DNA of 64,000 nucleotides from Minutocellus sp. GHC0000111 (taxonomy: Eukaryota): the NCBI GenBank assembly GCA_977018835.1, contig OZ361259.1:248001-312000 (forward strand), written 5' to 3'. The translations under genes were made by a program, and so were the position numbers. The notes below the pieces were generated by a model that had not been told where the DNA came from, ran no database searches, and was given only the letters and a program-made list of their open reading frames with translations. Positions 1 through 13,486 of the stretch are shown one piece after another; positions within the stretch are counted from its first letter, which is position 1, and each line of letters starts with the position of its first letter.

Positions 1-2109
1 AGTATTGATCCGGTGTCGGGTGCATTCCGCACAGCTGCACCTGTCAACAGAGAACGCACCAGATCAAGAGACTCGGCACGTTCGACTGATGCTTCCCGGA
101 GGCGTTCCAAGCGCCGGGGATCGGGCAGCATGGGGGGTTCCATGTCAGGTAATCGGGTGCGAACGAGTAGTGAACATAGCACTGGCAGCTTGAGCAGTAG
201 CGCCCCCCTCGCTAGTACTGGCAGACCTCGCCGCGCCGAGAGACAGGCATCAGGCGGTAGCCGCGGTGGATCAGGAAGCCGCCGAAGAAGCTCCGACGCA
301 CGAAGGTCTTCAGGAAGCAAGGGCAGATCTTCTGGAGGTCGTAGATCATCGAAGGGCGGTGGAGAAAGCGCCAAACAACAACATCGACAAACATCATCTG
401 GCACACGTCAGACGGCTTCGGCTGACTTTGGCTTCCTAACAGGGCCTGTGGCACCAGCTCCCTCTCCTGCCATTTCAGATGGCCAGCCAACACGGTCGGC
501 AATAGATAATATTACCGCTATGGAGCGCGAAGCTGCAGAATTGGGCTTTTTTGGCCCACCGCCGTCTCCTGTGATGGCTGGTCCGAACGCACATGACGGC
601 GATGGTGTCTCCGGCCCCGACTCTGGGGGTGGAGGCGGCACTGACGAGCATTCGCAACGGCCTCGACAAGAGGGTCTCGCACCTGTGCCTCCCCCGAACT
701 CAGGGACGCCACCTCGGCCAGGCAGGGGCCGTCCTCGAGGACAACCACATCGCGAATTGACTCCCGATGCCGATGAAGGTAGTGATGGTCAAATTCCTCC
801 TGGCTCTCCGTTTCCACACCTTCAGTATGATAGTCAAGCAATGCATCAGCAGCAGTATCAGCAGCAGTATCCTCAGCAGTATTCTCACTTTGGACTAGAA
901 GGAACCAGCGGCGTGTACACAGCACCAGATGGGCAGGTTGTTTACTACGGAATGCAAGCACCAGGTTCCATCTCCGCGGGGGGTGGCTATTACCCGCAGC
1001 AGCCACAGATGATGATGCCATTGCAAGGACCACCTGCAGCCGCGCCATACTTCAGCCCATATCAGTACGGTTCTGTACCATATTATCATCAGCGGCCGCC
1101 ACCCGTCTATTTTGACCAACGCGGTGGGCAGTATTCGATGATGCATCAGACATATCCATCGCTACCTGAAACGGAGAATCCACTTGACGAGGGTGCAGAA
1201 CCTGTTCTGACCCTCACGGCCCACAAGCTCGACATTGATATTCGCGACGATCAGATTCTTCTCTCGCTCCGAGCCTGTTTTTCCCGGCCGGGCTTCATTC
1301 ACTGCTTAGCCTCGTTTACGGTCAGTGGCATTGTCATCAATACGCTCAGGTGAGACACTTGTTATAGTAGAATAAATTCCCAGCTGTCCAGCTTGTTCGT
1401 TTGATTAGCATTGCCCATGCCTCGACTGGGGAAGACCTCGTGATTTTTTTCCCCCATGCAATAAGCTCAAGCCTGCTTTTTCGTTTTGGTTGGGCACCTT
1501 TTTCTTTCTACCCTTTTTTGCCAAAACAGCACCTACATGGACTATCTGGTTCGATTGGGAGGTGCCGGTAGAGAATATGTCGGTGTGGTTGGAGGTCTCT
1601 TCCAGCTGCTTATAATGATATCCTCCTTAGTAATTGGTGGCTTTACCGACCGAACCAGGGCTTACTATTCAGTGTCGATGGCCATGCTGGTGCTCGGAGC
1701 CTTTGCCCTCGCTGAATGCGGGGTAAATCTGGACGAGGATCGAGGAAATGGTCTCCGATGGTCGTTACTGGTAGTTGGCATCCTCGTCGGCCCTCTTCAA
1801 CCTATATCAACTGAGCTCGGTGTCGATGTTGTCTACCCTTTGAGTGAAAATACAGTTCTGGTCATCCAACAACTCTTTGCCAACCTACTAAGCGCCATGT
1901 TCATTCCTATCTTCAAGGCTCTCAAGGACGTGGATTTCAACAGGGATCCAGATCTACCTGAACAACCAGAGTATACCTTTTCCTTTTACTTGCTCATCAT
2001 ACTGCACGCGGGCATAACCTTCTTCTTCGCGACGTTCAACGGTCGGTACTTGCGTCTTGAGGCCGAGCTTGAGAAGAAACGGAAGAGGAAGCTCGGGAGG
2101 CGTACATGA
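1..2109 (+). CDS. FLVCR/SLC49-like MFS transporter, copy alpha (5' part outside the window; C-terminal tail frameshifted by a 10-bp deletion)
   Basis: Exon to 1349, GT-AG intron 1350-1529, then an exon from 1530 with hydrophobic helices. Ends KKRKRKLGRRT* instead of KKRKKEEEEAREAY... as in gamma. Confidence 0.85.
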
Positions 2110-2583
2110 AAGGCATGTCCGCAGATGGTGCCCCATTTGGCCACGAAGAGGCGGTAGGATCCTTCGAGCCCGTCTCTTACGATGCTTCATCGTACCGATA
2201 CCACTCCCAGCTCCATCACCACCAGCAACAACAGCGACTGCAGCAGATGTATCAGTACCAATACAATCCATACTACGCTAGCAGCGGCGGAGGACAAGCC
2301 TTTGCCTATGGTGGCGAGCGTCAGCAACAGCAGCAAGAGCAGGAGCAACACGGAGAGCACGAGCCTCTCATGGCACAACGAAATTAAATAAATTCATAAA
2401 GAAAGTACAACAAACCCAGTCAAGTCACGATGCGATAAATGTGTTGCCAAGCCGCGCGCATGCATTGCAATTGATTTCATAGTTTAATATTAATATATCT
2501 CTTGAGATATTCTAATTGATTTTGTGTATTAAGCGGAGCTTGTATACTACTACGTGTAGGTATTTGTACCAATAAGAATGCAT

Positions 2584-3847
2584 TTATTTATCCAAAATTT
2601 CTTCTCTTTCACCATTATCATCAGGGCCAATACAAGCCATGCACGACAAGGGACAATTCCGAAGCATGAATTCCCTCTTGTCGTCGTGTCACCGCCCTTT
2701 GCCAGCCCAAAATGCACAGTTCGGGGAGACGTTGGCACAACCAGCCCTCTGGTCATCGGTAACATCATCTGCTAGCATGACCCGTCTCAAATACTGATCC
2801 ATCTGTCGCAAATTGTCTCTTGCCCCCTCCCGTTCTTGCGGTGTGCCAGCAATGTCTTGGTACGGTCCCAACCGGAGTCTTTGGTATATTCTGCTCCTTC
2901 TAAGTTCATCTTCAGCCCCATCATCAGACGGGGCGCAAAAGTAGCAACTTCTGCGACATTTGGCCAACATGGTGCCCCTCTCGACCAAGCAGTCTCCACG
3001 GGCCACGTAGTCGTGACAATTTTTGAAGACGTCCTCACAAGCAACCGCTGCATCGGCACCGGTACCGGCACCGGCACCGGCACCGCCGCACAACCCACAG
3101 CTAGCCGCGCACATCCTGGACATGAAGGGGACGTTCCTTCGGCACTCCCCGCCCTGCGCCCAGTACTTGCACTTGTAGTTCCTGTCGCGGCATCCTCCAT
3201 CGTCGTCTTCTTCATAGTCGTCGTCGTCTTCGTCGTAATATTCGTCTTCTTCATATTCTTCATCGTCTTCTTCGTAATATTCCGAGCCATAATAATCATC
3301 ATCGCCGCTGTCTTTGTCGTCACCATAATTAATCATCATTATCACCGTCATCGCAGGCATCGCAGCTGAGGGCGCAGTGACTTCGCATGTAGATGGCGTT
3401 ATTGTCGCACTCTCCCTTGGCCGCCCAGTACGGACACCGCTCGTTGAGGTCGCGGCAGTTATTGTTATTGTTGTTGTTGTTGTTGCCATTGTGATCGTTC
3501 TGGTCGTTGTCATCATCATCAGCTGCATCTCGAGCACCATCGTCAACACCATCGCCGCCGCTGCCGCCGCTGCCGCCGTCGGTCGTCCCATCATCAGCAG
3601 CAGCAGTGCCGCCCGATCCGCCGTCGATGCATGTACTCGAACTAGTATCCTCCTCGACGGAGGCCCCGTCCTCGGATGCCGAGGAGGAGGAGGAGGAGGC
3701 CGGCTGGGCCGCAACCAACAGTAATTGGAGCGACGATGTGCCATCGCCGGTAGGGAACCAGCAGCAGCTCACAAGCAGCAGGAGGACCACCACCGCCACC
3801 AGCGGTACCGCCGGGGGGCGGCGCGCCGCCGCTGCTGCTGCCATCAT
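2584..3847 (-). pseudogene. Secreted protein with four ShKT domains, copy alpha (4-bp TAAT duplication gives a stop; also in-frame TGA at 2689-2691)
   Basis: Hydrophobic signal peptide and repeated C-x6-C-x2-W-x5-C...C-x3-C-x2-C motifs. The ORF is split at 3326-3333 relative to gamma. Confidence 0.85.
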
Positions 3848-4434
3848 CTTTGCGGGTAAGTAAGTAAACAAAATAAATGAGGGAGCGAGCCTACGATTAC
3901 GCTTACGCTTACCTAGGTACAGGAATCACCGATGACCCAAGAGCTTCTAACTGGGGAGCGCGGAGCGCGGGCCCGCCAAAGCACTCCGTGCGTGAGCGAG
4001 GCGAGGACACAAGGCAGCAGCAGGCAACACGACCAGCCGAAGACGAGCCGACGCGGGAGGCAGTCATACCACTTGGTACATGTAACAACTCCCCCGACTG
4101 CTGTGCTTGTTTCAGTACACCCACTCCATTTATTCATATTTTGTTTGCAGCATATCGGTGCCCTTGCCTCGAGTTGGCAGCACATCTTGTGCTGAATTTG
4201 GGGCTTTTTGAATTTTTGCGGGACCCAGCAAGCGCCCAAAAAATTGGAACCGCGCTTGGCGAGGAGAAAGCAATTGGAGAAAGTCAAGTGAGCGTGGAAG
4301 TGCCGGCGGTAGCGTAGGCCCCGGAGCTACCACTACTCCAGAGAAGAACATTCTGAGCCGACACACAACAGCACTTGCTTCACGTCACTTGACTTGTTTT
4401 GTCCATTCCATTATCATTCATTGGTGTATCAGTC

Positions 4435-7400
4435 ATGCGCCGCCCCCGCACCGAGATGGCCGCCAATTCCAATCGTCCAGCTGCTGTTGCCGGCAGCACC
4501 GACAGTCCCCTCCACGCCAGGATCGTCCGGTCCAACCAGGCGGCGGCGCTGTACCGCGCCGGACGGTACGAGGAGGCCGTGGGTTTGTACCGATCGGCGC
4601 TGAGCGATGCCGAGTGCAACCACCCGGCCGTCGTCGTCATGGAAGCGTCGATGAATAATAGGAGGGGCGGCGGTGATATTGGTATTGGAGGGATGGGCAC
4701 TGGCAGCGGGGAGGAGCGGCTCGATCTGGACCAGCTCCTCGACATGATCAACCGGGCCGCCACTTCGCACAACCTTGGGTTGGCGCAGAGTGCCGCCGCT
4801 GCCGCCGCATCGGCAGCTGCCCCATCGGCACCTACAAGAACTGTACAACAAGAGGGGAGGGACTCGCTGCCGTCGTACCGCAAATCGGCGGCCCTGTACC
4901 GGCTGTGCCATGCCCTGGTCTCCTCGGGCCGGGTGCGGGAGGCGCAGATGCTGGAACGGGAGGAGTTGTCCTCGTTCCTCCGTGACTTGGACAACAACAA
5001 CAACGGCAATGACAACAACAACATCAATGGTAACAACAATAGCAGTGGTCGACGGCTGATCTGCGCCGAGATCCACGCGGCGAGGTCCCTCCTGGCCACG
5101 GCCGGGGCGCTGGCGGAACGGTCCGACGTCGACGGGACCATCCACTGCCACGAGGAGCTCGTGAGCTTCCTCCTGGGGGACGACGCCAACGACAATGACA
5201 ACGGCAACGACGGCGATGGCAACGACATTGACGACGATGATAATGCTATTGGTGGTGCTGTTGGCGATGCCGGGGATCAGAACAGCCTCTTGGACGATGG
5301 TGGATCGGTGGATGGGGATGACAGCGGCGGCGTTGCGAGGCCGACGGAAGAAGACGCGAGTGCAGATGCAGATGCTGAAGACGGCGGTCCACCGGCCATG
5401 ATGAGTCCATCTTCTTCCGCCTTCTCGACCACTGTGGGAGGAGATGATAACGACAAGGACATCGGTGCTACCAGCACTGCCGCCAACATAGCTACTGCTG
5501 GTCGTGTGCGCGCAACCGCACCGCTCTTTGTGACCATGAACGAGCATCAGAGGATGCGCCTGATATCCAACTCCCTCAACGCCCTGGGCAATTTGTACTC
5601 CCGCCGGGGGGACGACGAGGATGCCATCGTGTCGTTCATCGACGCGTTGGATCTGCTCCGGTCCATCGAGGATCCCGTGGGGATCGTCGACGACGACCCG
5701 ACCGCTACCAACACCAACGCCAACAGCCGCAACGGCGATGTCGGAATGGACGCACGAAATGACAATGACGATGATGATAATATCAACGCATCAGGGACAA
5801 CAACGATTGACATTCGAGATGACATCGCTCGAACCCTCTTGAGCCTGTCGACGCTGCATGGGCGGAGAGGTGAGCTCGATGATGCCATCGAGTACGGCGA
5901 AGAGGCATTGGCGGTCCTTACGGAGCGGCATGGAGATTCCGATGCCAGGGAAGAAGAGGGCGAGGACGGACCCAACCGTCATCCCGCTGTCCTCTCTGCG
6001 TTGCATGCGCTGGGACGGCTCTACGATCTCGACGGTGATTTTGACAATGCCATGGCATGCTACGAGGACTCGTTTCTTGGCAGGTGCAAAACCGTCGGCA
6101 GTGATGACATCTGTGTCGCAGATGTGTTGGTGGACATGTCGTCAGCTCTGCAGAGAACCGGAAACAACGTCGATGGCGCCTTGGAGCTGAATTCTCAGGC
6201 CCTTCGAATATACCGTCTCCTTTTGACGCAAGAGGACGGCGATGGACGTGCCGAAGGAGCAAATCATCGCGCGAACCAGCGGAAGTGTAAGGTCTGTCTG
6301 GCAGGAACGTTGCAGAATCGTGGTTCCATGTACATGGAGAAGAACAATTACGATGAGGCCCTCATTTGCTATGCAGATGCTATGGAAAGTCTTAGAGAAG
6401 CCAAGGGAAAGGACCATCCCGACGTTGCTGCACTTTGGGCAGTCATGGGCGATGCGAACGTCGTCGGGGAAAGATTCGATGTGGCCAAGGATTGTTACGC
6501 TGCCGCACTTGAGGCTCATAGGATGAGAGGCCTGGAAGATACGGAGTCCCCGATACTGTGGATGCTCCAAAAGATAAGAGTCATCGAAGACATTGTGGCG
6601 AGTGCTCACAAGGAAGACGATGAATTCATTGAAGATCTTGCAACTCGTGCAGAAGATGTTCCTGAAGATGAATCAAGCCCGAGGAGATCAACGAAGGCGG
6701 CAGAGCAAGATGCCGGCGCAACGGTTAAGGCCGACCAAGATTTCCTGAATGAGTTTGCAACGACTGCCGGAAGTGAGTCCAAAGAATCTCCCCAGCAACG
6801 CGCCAAACGTCTTTTAGTGCAGCAGGAGGAAGATGCGCAATTTATGCGAGAGATCGATGCCGTATCGCCTCAAGACAATCGCCCCCCAAGCCGCACAAAT
6901 GAGCAACTTTCTTCTCTTCTCCAAGAAGAACAAGCCTTCCTTGCTGAATTGGCCTCAGGTACCATGAGTGATGATGATCATAAAGATATCACTGCTGTAA
7001 GCAGACAACAACCTCCAAAGCAGCCGATGCCAAATCTTAACAAAGAGTATTCATTGAAGGAAAAGTCTCCGCCACAAGTGCGCTCTCCCAAAGGTCTCGA
7101 GCTTACTGAAGAGGTAGAATCCGTTGCGGGTCCAGCTGGAATAAAAGAAATCATCCCACAAGCCAGTGCGGATGATACAGTTTCTCTCATCACTTTCAAG
7201 GAGGAAGCAATGTTGAGCAATGCAGGAAATGGAAATGGAAAGCGCGGGCCTTCCCAACGGCCGAATATTCATCGCTCAAAGTATGGCAGCGGTAAGTCCC
7301 AGCAGGCAGATTGGCTGACGAATACTCTCGGTAACATTGTGGAACAGGCAGATAATTTTCTACGGCCGTTGGCAGAACATCCGCAGCAACAATCCAGAGA

Positions 7401-9580
7401 TACTAGGCCTAGTAGCAGCTCCAATTCAAAGGGACAGGCCCCAATATCAGAGATTACTTTCTCTATTGGTGGGGATGGGCAAGAGATCGCGAGAACGAGG
7501 AGTGCTGACTCCGACATTACCGATGCCATGGACTTGTATGGCAGTAATCCCGTCTCTGGACCGCGTCGGATTCCAAATCAAGCTGCAGAGGAAGAGATTG
7601 GAGAAGAAATTGGAGTGGAAGTTGACGAATTGTTGGCACAGATGGCATCTGCCGAGGGAGACGGCACTTCTCCGGCAACCTCGGAAGGCCAAACTCTGGA
7701 ACACCGAAAACCGAGGGAAGCACGCATATCGATATCAAGTCCAACATCGGCGGGAAGCAGCGGGGGCGCCGAGCACATTCAAGTATCTCCAACATCAGGA
7801 AAATCGCGCAAGGTTGCAAAGACAGCCGAGATAAAGGCTGCCAAGAAGGAGTTGAAGCGTCTAAAGGCTTCCAAAGGCACCGAGTCGGCAGAGGTTGCTG
7901 CCTGCCTCATGAGTCTTGGTAGTCTATTTATGGTCGAAGGCGATACCGATTCAGCATTCAATGTTTGGACGCAAGAACTGGAAGTTCGTCGAGCTGTCTA
8001 CGGCGCAGGACACTTTGGTGTTGCGGACGTCCTCAATCGGATTGGAACTATTCGTCTGGAGCGTGATGAGTTTGAGCTTGTGAGTTACATTCCCCCACAA
8101 TACTAGTATCCGGCTTTCTACACCACCTCATGCTTTTTGATTTGCTTTGACCACGTTCATCTCACCAATGAATATCACCTTGTTTCCTCTTTATATCTCA
8201 CAGGCCAAGCATTGTCACACCCAGGCCCTCGAAATCCAGCAAGCATGCCTAGGAGAGAACGAGCACAACCCAGATGTCTCTAGGACTCTTGTTAACATTG
8301 GAAACGTCTACTACAAAGAAAGGAACTCCTTGTCAGCTATCAAATCTGGCGTTCACGACGCTCTCTATGACGACGTTGTCGAATCTGGCATGCTTTGCCG
8401 CATTGCATTCGCCCACGACGAAAGAGGAGAGTACCTTCGAGCTATCCATTTCTATGACGAACACGTCGAGCTTCTGAAATCTAGTGGCGAGAACAAGCAC
8501 ATTCCAGGAATAATTAACGCCCTGAATTGCCTCGGATCACTGAATAAGAAGATTGGACGATACGTCGAAGCATTGGACTATCACACCAAGGCACTGAATA
8601 TGCAGCGAGCCGTACCTAAGATCGCCAAGGTGGAGCTTGCGAATACTTCAGTACTTATTGGAATGGTTAAACACAAGGCCGGGCAATTCCAGAAAGCGCT
8701 ATCGCTCTTTTCCGATGCCCTGCCCGTGCAGCAGAAAGTCTACGGTAAGAAGCACTCGATCCCCGGAAGGACAATCTTCAACATGGCAGTGACATATGAT
8801 GAGTTGGCCGACCACAAGAAGGCCATGTCCTCACTTGAACAAGCTCTCTCTATCCAGAAGTCCGTGTTACCTCCCGATCATCCGGACACTCTCTCAACTC
8901 GAATGTATATTGCACGGGTTCAATCGGCGGCAGGAAAGTTCGACTATGCTCTCTCTACTTTGCTTGGAGTTCTCAATTCGCAGAAGCAGTTGTTTGGCCC
9001 GAAGCACCCACTCGTGGCGGATACCTTGCATCAGATTGGAATCTGTTATGCACGGAAGGGCAAGATGAATTCCGCGCTCAAAACCTACGAAGAATGCTTC
9101 TCCATACGAAAGGAGATTCTCGGATATGACCATCCCGATATCGCTTCCTGCCTAAACTCCATTGCCGCGGTTCACGCCTCGAAGAAACGCAACGAGAAAG
9201 CCCTTCCCATCTACGAAGCTGCCCTCAAGATCCGACGCGACGCTCTCGGTGATCAACACGTTGACGTTGCGAGGACACTCAGCAATCAGGGTGTTGCCTA
9301 CGCAGCGCTGCGGGACTTTGACCGAGCAATGGCTGTTTACAACGAAGCAAAAGCCATCCGGGAGGCCGCTTTGGGCGAGGCACACCCGGCCGTTGGCGAC
9401 AGCCATGTCAACATTGGCAATGTCTTCCTGCGGAAATGCGCGTTCACCGATGCGAGGCGCGAATTTGAGTCCGCATTGCTGATCTACAAGAAGTCCAACC
9501 TACCCCCTGACGACCCCAAGCTAGCTAGAACAATGGCGGTCATCGAGAGAGTGAAGCGAGATGAAGAATTGTGTGTGTAG
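4435..9580 (+). CDS. Large TPR-repeat protein (kinesin-light-chain/nephrocystin-3-like repeats), copy alpha, about 1673 aa, 2 exons
   Basis: Exons 4435-8079 and 8204-9580 (ctt|gtgagt ... cacag|gcc). Many ~42-aa repeats such as LGYDHPDIASCLNSIA and LGDQHVDVARTLSNQG. Confidence 0.9.
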
Positions 9581-9832
9581 AAAACACCTACCTAGCTGAG
9601 TACTAGCTAGCCAGGTACCGAATGAAGACTCGCGAGGAACTAGCTAGTAGCTTACTAGTACTGCCGGTAGTAGGAGTACGATCGTAACACAGTAATTATT
9701 TGATTGCAGCCGCAAGTAATCAGACTGCTTCATTAGGGAAGTATTTGAGAGAACAGTCCAATTGCAAAAAATCATATGCACCACACACACATACACGTAC
9801 TCATTACATAATAGTAACATGATCCAACAAAA

Positions 9833-11509
9833 TTAGTCAAAGAAACTCATAAAGGCCGAAGCGATACCATAGTCATCGACACTAGTATCGCCCTTCTTTG
9901 CATCACTCTCGCTCTTCACACTTTGATCCTCCTCTTGGTTCTTGTTCTTCATGGACGCCGCCGCCTTTTCAACCGTCTCTTCTACTTTGTGACCTACATT
10001 TCGGAGTTCATTGATAATCATTTTCGTATCGATGCCTTGCTCCTCTGCCAAGTAGCAAAGTTCTTTTGCAAAGGCCTTGGGGTTCATGTCGAAGACGTTG
10101 GTGTAGATAGTGCAGCCCTCAAAGCTGAAGTCATCATCGTAGTCAAAATCGTTGAGAGTACCAGTGGCATCATCGTCGAGATTTTCCTCGTTCAGGAAAG
10201 AGAGATGATTCTCATCGCGCGCAACTTCGTTGCTGTCGGAAGATGTGGAAGGCCAAAATTCAACTGGAGGCTTTGATTTGAAGAAGACGGCGTAGCAGGT
10301 CCTTGTAAGTTCATATCTTGCCTTAAGATCTTCGCCGACCGCAGCACAATTTGTATAGTACGCATCAACTATGGCAATATTAGACTTGCACCCCATTGAC
10401 TGGCACACCTCGGCGTATAGGTCAGGGCACTTTTCCACAAGGATGCTGTGTGCGCAGTGGATCTTGAAACTAGGAACAAACGCCTGGTAGTTGTCCTGAA
10501 CAAGCATTGCTAGGAAGCAAAGCAGCTCATCCACTATGGTGTCGATGCTGGTGGAAGTGGAGAGAACAGTCTCCGTTGTGCCATATACGTCAATCTGGGC
10601 ACTCAGAAGAGCATTGATGAACGAAACATACAACGATGTGTTCCGAATCATCACCTTCTTGCCTGCGACGGCGCGCTCCTTGGCTCTTTCTGATCCCTTC
10701 GAGGCTTCAAGTAGGATATGGACCATGTCTCCGGAGACATTGTCTCCCTTCGGAGCGAACGAAACAAACGACTTGGTTTTCGATGGTTTGGCATGGTACC
10801 ATTTGATTACCTTCACTCGCTTCCTGTCGATATGGCCTCGAACGATGGCCTGTAGAGGAACGATTGCAACTTCGGCGGCCTTTTTCCTATTGCGAATGAT
10901 CATACCACGAGCATATGCCTGCGCCAAGACAATCGATGAAATTTGAGCCTTGACGCGACGTCTGACCATGATGCCGCGAGCCAGCGATTGGATGCAAGCG
11001 GCCGACGCGAAGATGTGTTGTGTCTTGATAGCCGAGTAGTTGCGCCGAGCAATCATACGACGAGACGCTGCCTGCAGCACAGTGGCTGCATTGGCAAATG
11101 TGATTTCTTTGATGCGACGCTCTTCCTCACGTTTTTCCGCGGCGGCGATGAAATCTGCCATCATCGTGGCTTCTTCTTCGATGTTTCCGAGGGCCTTCTG
11201 GGCCGTGGCGATGGAACTAGTAAGTAGTTCAAGATGAGAGGCTGCCTCCTGTTCCTTGCGAGCAATGGCGTCTCGATCAATCGCAGTGATTAGTGTTTTC
11301 TCACCATCAACCTTCTCCTTTCCGAGAGTCGGCACAGATATTTCCTCACCGACGAAGGAATCAGCATCATCGCGAAGCTCATGCTCGACATCACGGATCG
11401 ATGAGATTGAATCGCGGGGTAACTGTGGGCCTGACTGCACGATCTTTCTTTGCGCAGAAGATGCTGCTGCTGGGGGGACAGCAAATGAAGCGGAGGCGAT
11501 CCGAAGCAT
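9833..11509 (-). CDS. IQ calmodulin-binding-motif protein with a C-terminal GRDP/DUF1399-like region, copy alpha (probably 5'-truncated)
   Basis: Four IQ-like motifs (LQAASRR, IQSLARG, AQAYARG, LQAIVRG) and YELTRTCYAVFFKSKPPVEFWP. The frame stays open upstream of the ATG to the unit junction at about 11645. Confidence 0.75.
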   Translation of the reverse strand: MLRIASASFAVPPAAASSAQRKIVQSGPQLPRDSISSIRDVEHELRDDADSFVGEEISVPTLGKEKVDGEKTLITAIDRDAIARKEQEAASHLELLTSSIATAQKALGNIEEEATMMADFIAAAEKREEERRIKEITFANAATVLQAASRRMIARRNYSAIKTQHIFASAACIQSLARGIMVRRRVKAQISSIVLAQAYARGMIIRNRKKAAEVAIVPLQAIVRGHIDRKRVKVIKWYHAKPSKTKSFVSFAPKGDNVSGDMVHILLEASKGSERAKERAVAGKKVMIRNTSLYVSFINALLSAQIDVYGTTETVLSTSTSIDTIVDELLCFLAMLVQDNYQAFVPSFKIHCAHSILVEKCPDLYAEVCQSMGCKSNIAIVDAYYTNCAAVGEDLKARYELTRTCYAVFFKSKPPVEFWPSTSSDSNEVARDENHLSFLNEENLDDDATGTLNDFDYDDDFSFEGCTIYTNVFDMNPKAFAKELCYLAEEQGIDTKMIINELRNVGHKVEETVEKAAASMKNKNQEEDQSVKSESDAKKGDTSVDDYGIASAFMSFFD

Positions 11510-11762
11510 CCCATCTTGTGCAAAGACATTTGACCGGGCAGGCTTGCATGTTGACTTATTCGACTCAAATACATAAAGTACAAAAACCTGGAGCTGGCGA
11601 GGTGGGCATAAGCGTTGAGCAATGATGATGATGAGGCCGAGCCAGCTGGGCCGCGCCGGGCACGAGCATTTTTCCTCTTTCCTCTTGGTCGTTCGCCCGA
11701 CCCATCACGCCGGTACCTTGCTGCTTGCATACGAAGCAGCAAAACAAACTAAGCAAGACAAG

Positions 11763-12987
11763 ATGGCCGACAACCGACTCCGATGCGCCCTGGTGTACCG
11801 CCTCGACGCCGGTGACGAGACCTCCGTCACCATGCTGGCCAAGTACGACCACGCGTCGCAGTACGAGACCAGCCCGGGAGGGTCCGACCTGTACGGCGGC
11901 CGCGACAAGAGCTACGCCGATGCCGTCGGGATGGTCATCGGGAACGACCCGCCGGGCGCCACCTCCGAGGCCGGGACCATCGGTGGCTTCAAGGTGTGCC
12001 AGTCCGAGGTGCACCAGGTCGTTTACGGTTCCGATACGGATGGATTGTGTAAGTCTTGTGGCAACAGTCCATGCCAGCACGTACATAATTGTTTTACATG
12101 TGTTCGTCCAAAAGGATTTGAATTGTTACTTGAATTGTTCATGTAATGGGCGCCATAACAATATGCATTCGGGGCATGTTTGTCGCCAGTCAATAATTGA
12201 GTGGGTTAAGCGCTGCTGGCGTTGGGAGTATTAACCTGCTGTGTGACTACTCTTATTCGGGTGCAGATTGCAATGCGGTACCCACTGCTGCGTCGTATTT
12301 TTAGTTCGTGTTACCCGAATAAATGGTTGGACGCGACCGAATCAAAGCACTGGCCCGGTTGGGGTCGAAAGTCGTCCGATTAGATTGTAGCCGATGCCTT
12401 CGATGTCCATCTCACATTTCATTTCCGCATACCTCTTTTGCCTCATCCTGTCCCTGTCCTTCCTTGACCTCATCGGCCTGCACCACCGCTTCCCGCCGTC
12501 CTGGACCGCACTTCAAACCGCAGGCCTCGCCGTCATTACCGGACTCAAGTACCCCTCCCGCGTCGCCATCCAGGCCCTCATCGAGCTGTACGGCAAGTAC
12601 TCCGAGCAGTTCGGCCTCCAGGCCAAGTCGGCCACGACCAACTCCCTCACCAAAAAGTCCAAGCCCGTCCTTCAGGCCATGTGCAAGAAGTACGACGACC
12701 TCTCCAAGGTCGACAAGACCTCCGCCCTCATCGGCAAGGTCGACGAGGTCAAGGTCCAGATGCAGGACAACATCAGCGCCATGCTCAAGAACACCGAGCA
12801 GGCCGAGAGCCTGGCCGAGCGGTCCGACCAGCTCAACGAGCAGGCCAGCGTCTTCAAGAAGAAGAGTACCGACCTCCGGAAGCAGATGCGATGCAAGAAC
12901 TTGCATATGACCATCATCCTTACGCTCCTGGTCGTCGGTGTTTTGGCCATCATCTTGGTCCCACTCATCATGAAGGCGAGGAAATAG
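11763..12987 (+). CDS. VAMP7-like (longin-type) R-SNARE/synaptobrevin, copy beta, 249 aa, 2 exons
   Basis: Exons 11763-12048 and 12524-12987 (t|gtaagt ... gcag|gc). Synaptobrevin coil KVDEVKVQMQDNI...AERSDQL...FKK followed by a C-terminal TM helix. Strong C/G-ending codon bias. Confidence 0.92.
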
Positions 12988-13486
12988 CACAAGTAATATT
13001 GTGATAAGAGATATTGGCCGTGTCAAACGAGGTGTGCGGTATCCTTTCAATTCGGCATTAAGCAAAGAGTCGGTAACGATTTGAAACGGCTGGTAAGCTT
13101 CCCACAGGTGATGCTACGAGCATGTTGGGAATCGCCTTGTTGGCCATATGACGCATCCTTATTTCGGGGAGGTTTGGTTTAGGAATTCCTTTTGCTGAAG
13201 TAGATCTATTTATTTGCGGGTCGCCAATGACAAAATTCTCCTTGACCCGTGGAGTGATTGAGTTGGAAAGACTTTCGCATTGTATTTGGAGACCAAAAGG
13301 TCCTTACAGCTTTACTTTGTAGTCATAAAAAAGGATAAATTTATTCGCTTAGATTTAGGTATTTGTTACACCGTTTTTCAATATGTATTGGAATGTGCAG
13401 CGCTCTAAGAAAGAACAAGGACAAAAATTCGGGCTCGTCGTAAGCAATCGTTTTCTCCTTTCCAAAATAGGGTGGTATGCAGAAAT

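Noticed and set aside
4380..5547. Long antisense ORFs (282 and 372 aa) opposite the TPR gene, and similar ones opposite VAMP
   Set aside because: Shadow ORFs expected from high-GC codon usage on the sense strand.
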